Source: an uncultured Acidobacteriota bacterium
GTDB lineage: Bacteria > Acidobacteriota > Terriglobia > UBA7540
DNA: 64,000 nucleotides
Direction: 5' to 3'
Assembly (NCBI GenBank): GCA_963804995.1
Contig: CAWDSK010000003.1
Coordinates: 1,568,001 to 1,632,000, forward strand
Shown: one piece after another, positions 20,026-31,561 of the stretch
How positions within the stretch are numbered: position 1 is the stretch's first letter
Layout: the number at the start of each line of letters is the position of its first letter
The notes under the pieces: model-generated
The model's input: the letters and a program-made list of their open reading frames with translations, nothing else
Database searches by the model: none
What the model was told of the DNA's origin: nothing
Translations under genes and position numbers: made by a program

Positions 20026-20745
20026 TCAGCGCTTCGGCTTGACCGACCCGCCGGAAGGCATGATCAGGACCTCTTCCACCGTCGTGTTCCGAGGCTGCGC
20101 AACCGCTGCGAGCACGGCGGCAGCCACATCCTCCGGCTGCACCAGATCTTGACCGCGCACAGGGAAATCAAACTCCTGCTTCATGCGCGTGTTGGTCATT
20201 CCCGGCAGAATGGCGGTCACCCGGATTCCCTGCCCGCGGAGTTCCTGGCGCAGCACGTTGGTAAATCCCAGCGCTCCGAACTTCGAGGCGGAGTACGCGG
20301 AACAATTCGGGAACGCCACACGGCTGGAAATGGAGAGGATGTTGACCACATCACCGCGGCTGCGTTTGAGCATCGGCAAGGCGGCCTGCGTGGTGAGGAA
20401 CATGGAGGTGAGGTTAGTCTCGAGATTCCGCCGCCAATCGAGAAGAGTGGTTTTCACAAACGGCTTGAAGGTAAAGACGCCCGCGTTGTTGATGAGAACG
20501 TCGAGCCGGCCCATCCTCCTCTTGACCGCGGCAAAGAGCCGTTTCACCTCGCCGGGCTTGGTGACATCGATCGCCATGCTCAGCACCGTCCCGGGCGTCT
20601 GGGCTGCGGCCTGCTCAAGCGGCCCCCGATTCCGCGCGGCCAAGATAAGGCTTGCGCCTTCCTGGCCCAGGGTCTTCGCGATCGCCAAGCCAATCCCTCG
20701 GCTGGCGCCGGTGATCAACACAACTTTGCCCGTAAGTTTTCCCAT
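20026..20745 (-). CDS. SDR oxidoreductase, candidate sepiapterin reductase-like
   Basis: TGASRGIG, NNAG, YSASK; directly downstream of folE and two PTPS genes (specific function inferred from context). Confidence 0.85.
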   Translation of the reverse strand: MGKLTGKVVLITGASRGIGLAIAKTLGQEGASLILAARNRGPLEQAAAQTPGTVLSMAIDVTKPGEVKRLFAAVKRRMGRLDVLINNAGVFTFKPFVKTTLLDWRRNLETNLTSMFLTTQAALPMLKRSRGDVVNILSISSRVAFPNCSAYSASKFGALGFTNVLRQELRGQGIRVTAILPGMTNTRMKQEFDFPVRGQDLVQPEDVAAAVLAAVAQPRNTTVEEVLIMPSGGSVKPKR

Positions 20746-20850
20746 GTAGGTCAGAAGCCGGAAGCCAGAGCTCACCCTCTGGCACTTGGAGTGTGGAAGC
20801 CGCATATGCTTACCAGTGCCCTCCACACAAGTTGAGATCTCGAACTCGGA

Positions 20851-21459
20851 CTAGCTTCTCTCTCTCACCAGCCGCAGGAATTCCGAGCGCGTCACTTCGC
20901 AATCCCGGAACACACCGAGCATGTGGGAAGTCACGGCCACGGAATTCTGTTTCTCCACCCCGCGCATGACCATGCAAAGGTGCTTAGCCTCAATGATGAC
21001 GCCCACGCCCTGAGGCTTGACTTTCTCCATAATTGTCTCGGCGATCTGCACGGTGAGGCGCTCCTGGACTTGCAAGCGGCGCGCGAAGACATCCACGATA
21101 CGCGGTATTTTGCTGAGGCCGACCACCTTGCCGTCTGGAACGTATGCCACGTGGCAACGCCCGAAGAACGGCAGCAGGTGATGCTCGCACAGGCTGAAAA
21201 CCTCAATGTCCTTGACAATCACCATCTCGTCGTAAGCCACTGAGTAGAGCGCCCCATTCAGCACCTGGTCGATATCCTGCGCATAGCCGCTGGTCAGGAA
21301 CCGCAGCGACTTCGCCACGCGCCCTGGGGTCTTCAGGATTCCCTCGCGTTCAGGGTCTTCCCCCAGTTCGCCGATCATTTTCCGCACTGTCTCGCTAATC
21401 GGATCAGATGCCCCGGCGTGCTCGATTTCCTCTAGCTTCTCAACCTCATCCGCTCTCAT
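20851..21459 (-). CDS. folE: GTP cyclohydrolase I
   Basis: [38 protein letters not shown]. Confidence 0.97.
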   Translation of the reverse strand: MRADEVEKLEEIEHAGASDPISETVRKMIGELGEDPEREGILKTPGRVAKSLRFLTSGYAQDIDQVLNGALYSVAYDEMVIVKDIEVFSLCEHHLLPFFGRCHVAYVPDGKVVGLSKIPRIVDVFARRLQVQERLTVQIAETIMEKVKPQGVGVIIEAKHLCMVMRGVEKQNSVAVTSHMLGVFRDCEVTRSEFLRLVRERS

Positions 21460-21472
21460 GATTCTCCCCGCA

Positions 21473-21919
21473 TCATTGCCTACTTGCGCCCGCTTGTTCG
21501 CCCACACACTCGAAGGAATTCAGACGGGTCTCTTCCAGGCGAACGCGGTCAAGCTGCACCCGCCCCCTGGAATCAGCTTTCTCTAATGGCGCGCACAGGC
21601 GGCTAAAGATATCCCGGCAAAGGTTTTCCGTCGTCGGCACTTCCGTGCGAAAGGTCTCCACATCCAGGTTCAAATTCATGTGATCGAGCTTCTCGAGTAC
21701 GTGCTCGGCAACTATTCTGTCGAGCGCCACAAGGTCAAACACCATGCCCGTGGCGGGGTCGATCGGTCCCGCCACAGTAACCTCCAACAGATAATTGTGC
21801 CCGTGTCCATTGGGATTGTTGCACTTCCCATAGATACGGCGATTCTCTTCCGCACTCAGGGCGTCATTGTGCAGCCGGTGCCCCGCAGAAAACTGGTATC
21901 GCCGGGTCAGGTAAACCAT
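21473..21919 (-). CDS. 6-pyruvoyltetrahydropterin synthase (PTPS-II type), copy 2
   Basis: FSAGHRLH...[22 protein letters not shown] overlaps the upstream TAA. Confidence 0.9.
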   Translation of the reverse strand: MVYLTRRYQFSAGHRLHNDALSAEENRRIYGKCNNPNGHGHNYLLEVTVAGPIDPATGMVFDLVALDRIVAEHVLEKLDHMNLNLDVETFRTEVPTTENLCRDIFSRLCAPLEKADSRGRVQLDRVRLEETRLNSFECVGEQAGASRQ

Positions 21920-22326
21920 TACTCTCCGTAATAATCCACAAACAAATCGGCGGTCTCGTACACTCGGATTCGATGCAGCTCGCCGTGCGCAAGTTTCGGG
22001 GCCAGCAGGTTCCAAATCTCAACCGCGATGTTTTCCGTGGTGGGATTCTTACTTGCGAAGGCCGGAACCTCTTTGTTCAGGAATTTGTGATCCATCAGTT
22101 GGATCACCTCTTGTTCCAACAACGCCTTCAATTCCTTCAGGTCCATTACCATGCCCGTGGTGGGGTTGATCGAACCGCCCACCGTCGCTTCCACCGTGTA
22201 GTTGTGGCCGTGGCCCAGGGGATTGTTGCATTTACCGAAAATCCGCTGGTTCTCTTCCGCGCTGAAATCCGGATTGTGATAGTAATGCGAGGCTGAAAAC
22301 TCCGCCCGCCGGGTTACGTAGATCAT
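21919..22326 (-). CDS. 6-pyruvoyltetrahydropterin synthase (PTPS-II type), copy 1
   Basis: FSASH...GKCNNPLGHGHNY, PTTENIA, VYET; ATG overlaps the GT stop (ATGA). Confidence 0.92.
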   Translation of the reverse strand: MIYVTRRAEFSASHYYHNPDFSAEENQRIFGKCNNPLGHGHNYTVEATVGGSINPTTGMVMDLKELKALLEQEVIQLMDHKFLNKEVPAFASKNPTTENIAVEIWNLLAPKLAHGELHRIRVYETADLFVDYYGE

Positions 22327-23384
22327 CCCTTTCCTTTCGTTGCGTAATAACGCCCCTTCCATTCGATGCGTCCCGTCGCACGGTGGGCGCGCAGGGAATT
22401 CAACAGCAACATGCCTACGAGCAAGGATCCGATCGCCTGATAACTCGCCAGGGCAGGATTAAACCCCAGGCCCGCCAGCGTATGGCCGTACTTCCACTGG
22501 CGCGCGAGCGTCAGCAGAAAGCAAACAAGAGCAGCAACCGTTGCGCTGACGCCACCCTGGCCAATGGCCACCCACAGACACGCGGCGATAAAGACCAACG
22601 CAGGCAGCACATCCAGCAACCAGAGGGACATCACGGTGCGCAACATGCGTCCAACATTCCCCCCGTAGAGGAGGTAAAGATTCTTGCTCCAGCCACGCCA
22701 CATGTCATCAAAGGTGCGGTACATGCGGGTGCGCACCCAGCGCGCGCCCGGCAGAAAGATCAGCCTGCCGCCCATCGATTTGATTCTGCGTGCCAGCTCA
22801 ACGTCTTCGAGGATCGCCGACTTCACCGCCGCGTGCCCGCCGCTCCGCTCGTAGATTTCCCGGCGGACCAGCAGATATTGCCCATTGGCTGCGGCCGCAG
22901 GCGATTTCGGGTCCGAGACGTCCTCAAACTGAAACAGACGTGAGAGCTTCACGTACACAGCCGGGATAACTGCTTTCTCCCACCAAGTAGGCGTCTCCTG
23001 CCCCGGTGAAATCGAAAGCAGATCGGCATGTTCGCCCTCGGCGCGCTCTACCAGATCCGCCAAGCTGCCCGGAAGGTGCACGGTATCAGCGTCCGTGAAG
23101 AGCAGCCACTCCCCTGTTGCGGCACGCGCGCCCTCTGCCACCGCGTGAGTCTTCCCCAACCAGCCTTCGGGCAACGACTCCACGCGTAACGCACGCAGGT
23201 AAGGTATCTCGCTCGCCAGCTCAGCTAGAATTTCCGGAGTACGGTCCTGAGATTGGTCGTCCACGACCAGGATTTCCAGAATGCTCTGTTGCGCGGCAAG
23301 TGATCTCACCACGCGCGCGATATTGGCCTCTTCGTTGCGGGCCGGAATGATGACCGAAACCTGTGCCTCGAGGCGCGCGCTCAT
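22323..23384 (-). CDS. Family 2 glycosyltransferase with C-terminal TM helices (CruC/CrtQ/HpnB-like)
   Basis: IIPARNEE, VDDQSQDRT, GWLGK, FTDAD, ILEDVELAR, RMY...GWSKN, WKGR. Confidence 0.9.
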   Translation of the reverse strand: MSARLEAQVSVIIPARNEEANIARVVRSLAAQQSILEILVVDDQSQDRTPEILAELASEIPYLRALRVESLPEGWLGKTHAVAEGARAATGEWLLFTDADTVHLPGSLADLVERAEGEHADLLSISPGQETPTWWEKAVIPAVYVKLSRLFQFEDVSDPKSPAAAANGQYLLVRREIYERSGGHAAVKSAILEDVELARRIKSMGGRLIFLPGARWVRTRMYRTFDDMWRGWSKNLYLLYGGNVGRMLRTVMSLWLLDVLPALVFIAACLWVAIGQGGVSATVAALVCFLLTLARQWKYGHTLAGLGFNPALASYQAIGSLLVGMLLLNSLRAHRATGRIEWKGRYYATKGKG

Positions 23385-23479
23385 CTGCTTAACCCACGCC
23401 GCCCCTGGCTCGCAAGCCGGGAGCATTCCTTAACCCGCATATGTAGACGCAAATTGCTATTATAATGGACACCCTCGGC

Positions 23480-24019
23480 ATGAGCAAAAGCAATGCCCTC
23501 AAAGTTGCGGTCCTGGCAGTGATTCTGGGCGGAGCGGCCTACCTTGCCGTACGCCAGCGGCAACCACACCCGCTGGCCATTGGCGACAGCGCGCCGGACT
23601 TCACCGTCCCGGCCGTTCCGGGTGGCTTCCTGGATTTGAGCAAATACCATCAGCAAGTTGTGGTCCTGAATTTTTGGGCCACATGGTGCCTGCCTTGCGT
23701 TGAAGAAACGCCCAGCCTGGTGAAATTCGCAGAAGATATGCGGACCCAAGGAGTGACTGTCCTGGGTGTGAGCGTTGATGAAGATCGGACTGCACTAAGA
23801 ACGTTCATGGAGAAGTATGGCATTACCTACACTGTCGGGCTCGATTCGGACCGAGCCTTGGCCGCACGCTTTGGCACCGTCCAATTTCCAGAGACCTACA
23901 TCTTGGATCGTCACGGGCGCGTCGCTGAGAAGTTGATCGGCGCCGTGAACTGGGATGATCCCCGCCTCAGGACCTTTGTTCGAGAGCTGGCCCATGGCTC
24001 CGGAAGCCAAAGCCAGTAA
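23480..24019 (+). CDS. TlpA/ResA-family thiol-disulfide oxidoreductase
   Basis: [22 protein letters not shown]. Confidence 0.92.
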   Translation: MSKSNALKVAVLAVILGGAAYLAVRQRQPHPLAIGDSAPDFTVPAVPGGFLDLSKYHQQVVVLNFWATWCLPCVEETPSLVKFAEDMRTQGVTVLGVSVDEDRTALRTFMEKYGITYTVGLDSDRALAARFGTVQFPETYILDRHGRVAEKLIGAVNWDDPRLRTFVRELAHGSGSQSQ

Positions 24020-24044
24020 CCCCTCCCTTACAACCCCACGGTTT

Positions 24045-24266
24045 TCAGGAATTAAGCCCCGGCACGGTCCCGGAATTCATAGCGTCCATCACAATTCGCC
24101 ACAAGCTGAGGACCTCGACCACGACCTCTTCCTCTGGCACGTTAACCCTGGCCTGCCGGTTGAAAAGTTTGGCTTGATAGATAATCCCCGCCAGGGTCGC
24201 CGCCACCTGGGGATCGCACCTGTCGACTGTTTTCGCCGCTCTCAGACTGGTTGGTTTCTTTGCCAT
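24045..24266 (-). CDS. Small hypothetical protein (73 aa)
   Basis: GAGGAG 3-8 nt before [15 protein letters not shown]...; fills an intergenic gap. Confidence 0.55.
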   Translation of the reverse strand: MAKKPTSLRAAKTVDRCDPQVAATLAGIIYQAKLFNRQARVNVPEEEVVVEVLSLWRIVMDAMNSGTVPGLNS

Positions 24267-24386
24267 AAGCTCCTCTCGTCCGTGCAGATCCTCTGCCGGG
24301 ATTCTAGCATAGGCGCGCCGGAGTTCGGCATGCGTCGCTTGTCGCTTATGCAGGGCTGGCATAATATTGAATTGAGGTACGACCAC

Positions 24387-26681
<2,295 letters not shown>

Positions 26682-26695
26682 AGAGGTGAAGACTT

Positions 26696-27001
26696 ATGAC
26701 TTTCCTGAAGACTCACTACACTTTGCAAAGAGACTTGACGCCCAAAGAACTTGATGACCTTTCGCGACTCTCAACGGTATACGGGATTCGCGAGCTTTCC
26801 TTCGAGGGCCAAGACCTGATTGTTGAATACGACGCGTCGCGCATCCACGAAGCGGAAGTGCTGGCGCACCTTCGCAGCACGGGCATTCCCGTCCGTATCC
26901 AGCAGCCCATCCCGCCGGGTGGCTTTGATCACACGGGCGAGTTCCGCGACTTCGCCTGGCCGACGCAAGGACTTTCCCCGGTCAATCAGAAGATCAAATA
27001 A
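26696..27001 (+). CDS. Small hypothetical protein, HMA-like fold without CxxC
   Basis: GAGGTG RBS directly after copA; VYGIRELSF...IVEYDASRI. Confidence 0.65.
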   Translation: MTFLKTHYTLQRDLTPKELDDLSRLSTVYGIRELSFEGQDLIVEYDASRIHEAEVLAHLRSTGIPVRIQQPIPPGGFDHTGEFRDFAWPTQGLSPVNQKIK

Positions 27002-27185
27002 GGTGACCCGGTAGGCCTGACAGTTTGTGCCGCGCAGCTCGCCTCGCGCTTACTGCCTTCTGTCTACTCCGACTCTTTCGGGACTCGTTTAACGCGGCAA
27101 ATCAATTGACGAAAACGCTGGGTGCAAAACGCATGAGTTTGGGAAAACAAGTGGGACCTCGCGCGCTATGGCGCGCGGAGAGCAA

Positions 27186-27206
27186 CAAGTGGGACAGTCC
27201 CACTTG
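27186..27206. repeat. Perfect palindrome CAAGTGGGAC-W-GTCCCACTTG (second copy 50426-50446)
   Basis: The 30 bp at 27177-27206 are the reverse complement of 50426-50455; half-sites at 27148 and 9331. Confidence 0.8.
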
Positions 27207-27360
27207 AGGCAAGAGTCGTGGGCCGGCACGCGCCGCGTCGGGGGGCACCCGCTGCCGATCCTGACCTCCGCAATAATGCTTTTACGGTATTGCCCACCCG
27301 AGTACCGGCTGCCATCTGCCGGGCCGCCCTGTCCTTCCCCATCGCGGCAAGCCAGCTCGA

Positions 27361-27747
27361 TTAGAGCACCTTGGCCGCCGCGACGGGATCCTGCACACCC
27401 AGAATCACCGTGGCTTTGCCGGCGCCTTTGTGGATGGTGGCGTAAGCGTACTTCACATCAATCCCGTGATCGGCAAGTTTGCGCGTCAACTTTCCCAGGG
27501 CGCCAGGGCGATCCGAAACGTGCACGGCCAGCACATCTTCTTCCGTGAATTTCAGCCCCATCGCCTCCAGCACTTTCCGCGCCGCTTCGCTGCTATTCAC
27601 GACCAGCCGGATGGGCGCGACCCCGGCCGTCTCCGGAGCCATCAAACCCACGATATTCACGGCTTTTTCCGCAAGTTTGGTACAGATTTCCGCGAGCGCT
27701 CCGCGCTGGTTCTCCACCATCACTGAGAACTGTTTGGTTGCCGTCAC
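27361..27747 (-). CDS. Tandem ACT-domain protein
   Basis: KQFSVMVENQRGALA, SDRPGALGKL, DVKYAY; GAGGAGG RBS before GTG. Confidence 0.88.
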   Translation of the reverse strand: MTATKQFSVMVENQRGALAEICTKLAEKAVNIVGLMAPETAGVAPIRLVVNSSEAARKVLEAMGLKFTEEDVLAVHVSDRPGALGKLTRKLADHGIDVKYAYATIHKGAGKATVILGVQDPVAAAKVL

Positions 27748-27924
27748 TCCACACCTCCTCACCTTGGGGGCAGCCTGCTTGCGGCCCCGCATAGAAGCGG
27801 CTACGACTTTACGCATAATCACTTCTTCCTGCAACAGGAACTCGACCGGTCCACAGAGCATGTGGCGTAGTACACCGAGCCTCTTGACGCCTGCGGACTG
27901 GTGCGCTAACGTGAGCTTCCCTTT

Positions 27925-29199
27925 ATGGCCACCGATAATAACGCCCACCTCGGCAATCTTCGAATCCTGGAAAGAACGGCGCCCGGCCTTCCCGCGCTCA
28001 GCGATTTGAATCAGCAGGTCGTAAGCGCACTCAACGCGCTGGCGCTGCCTGCGGAGCGACTGCGCGACAAACGCATCGCGGTGGCGGTAGGCAGCCGAGG
28101 TATTGCCCATATCCATATTCTTGCCAAAGCGCTCTGTGACTGGCTGAAGAGCCAGGGGGCGCGGCCCTTCGTTTTTCCTGCCATGGGCAGCCACGGCGGA
28201 GCGACGGCGGAAGGCCAGTGCCACGTGTTGACGGGATATGGCGTCACGCCGGAGTTCCTGGGCGTGGACGTTCAGGCTTCCATGGAAACGGTTCCGTTGG
28301 GTACGACGCTCGAGGGTTTCCGCATCTTCACCGATCGCCGCGCCTGGGAATCGGACGGCATCGTGGTGTTGAACCGTGTGAAACCGCACACGGATTTCTC
28401 CGGGCGGATTGAAAGCGGGCTGCTGAAGATGATCACCGTCGGCATGGGGAAAGCCGAGGGCGCTTTCGAGTGCCATCACTGGAGCTGGAAGTTCGGGTTT
28501 GAAACAGTCATCCGGGCTATTTCGGCAAAAGTCCTGGCGAGTGGGAAAATCCTGGCCGGAGTGGCCGTCGTCGAGAACGAATTCCACGAGGTGGCCGCCG
28601 TGCGTGCCGCTGCCGCACCTGGCATCGTCCGCATGGAAGAGGAGTGTCTTGAAATCGCCCGCCCCCTGGTGGCCCGCATCCCCTTCCCGAAGCTGGACCT
28701 GCTGGTTGTAGACGAACTCGGCAAGAACGTGAGCGGAACCGGAATGGACACGAAGGTTATCGGCCGCGGCGTGGAACTGCGGCCGGGCGACGCCCCGGAG
28801 ATTCGCATGATTTACGTGCGCGATGTCACCACCGAAAGCGCGGGCAACGCGCTGGGCGTGGGCTTGGCGGACGCGATACACGAAAGGCTCTACCGCAAAA
28901 TTGATTTGCAAAAGATGTACGCCAACGCCCGCACCTCGATGAACCCTCCCATGCCGCGCATTCCCATGGTTTGGCCCGCGGATCAAGGGGCGTTAGGCTG
29001 GCTGCTGGGGGCGCTGGGAAGCCCCGCCCCGGCGGAGCAGCGCGTGGCGTGGATTCGCAACACTTTAAATCTCAACCGCATTGCAATTTCGGAACCCCTG
29101 GCGCGCGAAGCCTCTGCTCTTAGTGGCTGGCGACTGCTGCCGGACTCCGTCGCGCCAAGCTTCGATAGCGAAGGCAATCTCACCTCTTCCCCGGTTTAG
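27925..29199 (+). CDS. LarA/DUF2088-DUF362-like protein (lactate racemase-domain superfamily)
   Basis: VAVGSRGI, PAMGSHGGATAEGQ, NRVKPHTDF, ESGLLKM, GKNVSGTGMD. Confidence 0.75.
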   Translation: MATDNNAHLGNLRILERTAPGLPALSDLNQQVVSALNALALPAERLRDKRIAVAVGSRGIAHIHILAKALCDWLKSQGARPFVFPAMGSHGGATAEGQCHVLTGYGVTPEFLGVDVQASMETVPLGTTLEGFRIFTDRRAWESDGIVVLNRVKPHTDFSGRIESGLLKMITVGMGKAEGAFECHHWSWKFGFETVIRAISAKVLASGKILAGVAVVENEFHEVAAVRAAAAPGIVRMEEECLEIARPLVARIPFPKLDLLVVDELGKNVSGTGMDTKVIGRGVELRPGDAPEIRMIYVRDVTTESAGNALGVGLADAIHERLYRKIDLQKMYANARTSMNPPMPRIPMVWPADQGALGWLLGALGSPAPAEQRVAWIRNTLNLNRIAISEPLAREASALSGWRLLPDSVAPSFDSEGNLTSSPV

Positions 29200-29227
29200 G
29201 TTCTCGTTAACTTGAGCGCTTGGGTAA

Positions 29228-29503
29228 TGTCTCAGTTTGAATTTTGTCCGGGCTGGACAACGATGAAAAAGGCTTGGCGTGCGATAATCGAGGCAGGTTT
29301 CATAATATTCCTGTTTTACTCCAATCTTTTGATGGGGGAATTTGGCCATTCAGGTATGGGGCGGAAAATGGGCCTGATTTGGGCTATCGGAGATATTTTT
29401 ACCACGGAGAATTTTGTAATTGCTGTGATGGCCGCGCTCATCGGGTACATCCTGGTCGAGTTTCTTCGGGAAAAACTCTAAGATAGAGATTCAAACTGAG
29501 ACA
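29228..29503. mobile_element. Inverted-repeat-bounded unit carrying one small gene
   Basis: 15-bp perfect IR TGTCTCAGTTTGAAT (29228-29242) / ATTCAAACTGAGACA (29489-29503); same repeat family at 63760-63778. Confidence 0.6.
29263..29481 (+). CDS. Small two-TM membrane protein (72 aa)
   Basis: MKKAWRAIIEAGFIIFLFYSNLLMGEF...IGYILVEFLREKL; AT-richer than the flanks. Confidence 0.75.
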   Translation: MKKAWRAIIEAGFIIFLFYSNLLMGEFGHSGMGRKMGLIWAIGDIFTTENFVIAVMAALIGYILVEFLREKL

Positions 29504-29540
29504 CCAGCAGCGCTTGAGGGGCAGGTCCGTTTGGTCCCAA

Positions 29541-29590
29541 CGTAGCGGCGAGTTTACCTCGCCATATGGCGAGGTGAACTCGCCGCTACG
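29541..29590. repeat. GTAG-REP doublet palindrome
   Basis: CGTAGCGGCGAGTTTACCTCGCCATATGGCGAGGTGAACTCGCCGCTACG; relatives at 15316 and 63728. Confidence 0.9.
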
Positions 29591-29717
29591 ACTTCAACTT
29601 GACCCACTACCAGCACTTAAGAGGAATTGCGGACAACCTCGCGGCGTGATATTTTCACGTAGGGGTGACCGCAGGGCTCCCCAGTCGAAGTGAATCCGCT
29701 GGCATAACGAGGATTTG

Positions 29718-30757
29718 ATGAAGCGAATTCTGATAGGTGTTCTCACCCTCCTGCTCACCACCACGCATCTGCCTTCCCTGTTTCCAACTGAAATCGCCAA
29801 ACCCACCGTCGATCTTTCCATCTACGGGCACGTCGGCTGGGTCATGTGGGTGGTAAGAGACCTTGACCCCGTTCTGAACTATTGGGAAAAGTTGGGACTG
29901 AAGATTACCCGGCGGCCCGAGACCCGAGAAATTGCCGGCCTGGTTTACCGGAGCAAGCCGTCTCCCACCAAAGCCAAGGCGGCCTTCACCCAAATCGGGG
30001 GAGTGACGCTCGAATGGCTCCAACCTGTTTCCGGAACAAACCTGTACACCGAGTTTCTGGGGCGGCACGGCGATGGAATTCTGGCCCTGGGCTATGCCGT
30101 CAAGAGCGAGGATGAACTTGCGGCGCAGGTTGAATACTTCCGCTCCCGAGGCGTGGAGTTGTTGCAAAGCACCGAGTGGAAAGCCACCCAAGGAACCGGC
30201 CATCGGGCTTATCTGGACACGGCGGGAAATGGTGGCGGGCAAACCATCGCGCTTTATTACGACCCGGACGGCCCCGCTCCCGCCGCAGGGGACTCCGAAA
30301 GGAACGGTGAGCCTTTTAATCGGATCGTCCAGTACGCTTTCGTTGTCCATGACGTAGAAAAGCCGGGGGCTACTGGCAAAGCTTGGGTTTCGGCGGCATG
30401 CCGGTGGAACACAATCTCAGCGTCAACCGCGCCTATCGCGACCAGCCGGGAAAATTCGAAATGGATCTGGGCTGGGGCCGATTTGGGGACGTGGTATTCG
30501 AGTGGATCCAACCCACCCAGGGGCCCAATGTTTATGAAGAATACCTCAACGATCACGGCGAAGGGCTCCACCACCTGGCGTTCAATGTACCCGATATGGA
30601 CGCTGCGGTGACATCGCTGGAGGCCAAGGGCGCTCCCTGCTCCATGTCGGGAGGTTGGGATACACCCACCAGCAAGGGCCGGTTCGCCTACCTCGATACG
30701 GATTCGCATGGCGGCGTTACCATCGAACTGTTGTGGAACCAGCCCCGGGCGAAGTGA
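29718..30757 (+). CDS. Secreted tandem VOC (glyoxalase / methylmalonyl-CoA epimerase-like) protein, frameshift near 30360
   Basis: Two repeats of LEWLQP...YTEFL..HGDG / FEWIQP...YEEYL..HGEGLHHLAF; adding 1 nt restores VEKAGGYWQSLGF. Confidence 0.8.
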
Positions 30758-30837
30758 GTGCCGGGAACCTGAATGCCAGCATCTTGTCGCGGAGGTTCAT
30801 TCGGGGGGGTGGTAGTGTGCTGAAATCCCTTGAAGCG

Positions 30838-31383
30838 TTAGGAGCGTTTGATGCCCCTCTTTTCGCCTGGCTTTGTTGGCTTATCAGGAACCGTGTACAA
30901 ATTAACTTCAACTCCCGCTTCCGCAAGCATTTCATGCGCAATCTTTCCCACCCTGTACCACTTGGATTCTTTTCCAATAGTTTCGGGGTCTGGCGCTACA
31001 ACTCTTTTGACACGAGCTTGAATGATCGACCCCGCACACGCTGCACACACGGGTTTTCCCCAGACATAGATGGTTGAGCCTGCTGTCCGCGAACCGGCGG
31101 CGATAAGCGCATTTTGCTCCGCGTGAACGACTAACTGTAGCTTCAATTTCTGATTCTGGAGTCGTTCCGCAGAGTCTTCGACGCCCATCGGGAACCCATT
31201 GTATCCGATTGATACGTCGCCACCTCGCTTGGAGAAGACAACCGCTCCAACCTTTGCGTTCGGGTCCTTGGACCATTCGGAAACAAACCGTGCGAGTTCA
31301 CAAAATCGGGTATCCCACTTACCCATTAGTCTAGATTGTAAAAGCAGCTTCAACGTTTCTGGCGGGTTACGCCGCTTGGTCAT
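30838..31383 (-). CDS. Deoxycytidylate (dCMP) deaminase
   Basis: WSKDP..KVGA, GYNGFP, HAEQNA, PVCAAC zinc motif. Confidence 0.88.
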   Translation of the reverse strand: MTKRRNPPETLKLLLQSRLMGKWDTRFCELARFVSEWSKDPNAKVGAVVFSKRGGDVSIGYNGFPMGVEDSAERLQNQKLKLQLVVHAEQNALIAAGSRTAGSTIYVWGKPVCAACAGSIIQARVKRVVAPDPETIGKESKWYRVGKIAHEMLAEAGVEVNLYTVPDKPTKPGEKRGIKRS

Positions 31384-31408
31384 GTGCCGACTGTCCCTCT
31401 CGTCGCGG

Positions 31409-31540
31409 ATCCTCGACGCTCCAAATATGATAAGAGATTCCCGCTTGCATCGCGGGCGTCGCACGCAAACTCATATGGACGCGACAGAAATTATACCAAC
31501 CTGCATACATGGCGACAGCAGCCTTCAGGTGGGCTTGCGC
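31409..31540 (-). pseudogene. C-terminal remnant of an IS1-like DDE transposase
   Basis: HLKAAVAMYAGWYNFCRVHMSLRATPAMQAGISYHIWSVE. Confidence 0.7.
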
Positions 31541-31561
31541 AGGGCGAGCCTGCCTCATGGT

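Noticed and set aside
21473..22326. queD (queuosine) assignment
   Set aside because: The motif is C-x5-HGH rather than C-x3-HGH, and there is no queC/queE/queF nearby.
27748..28986. 541-aa ACT fusion protein
   Set aside because: The upstream part is antisense to the LarA-like gene; a strong RBS places the real start at 27747.
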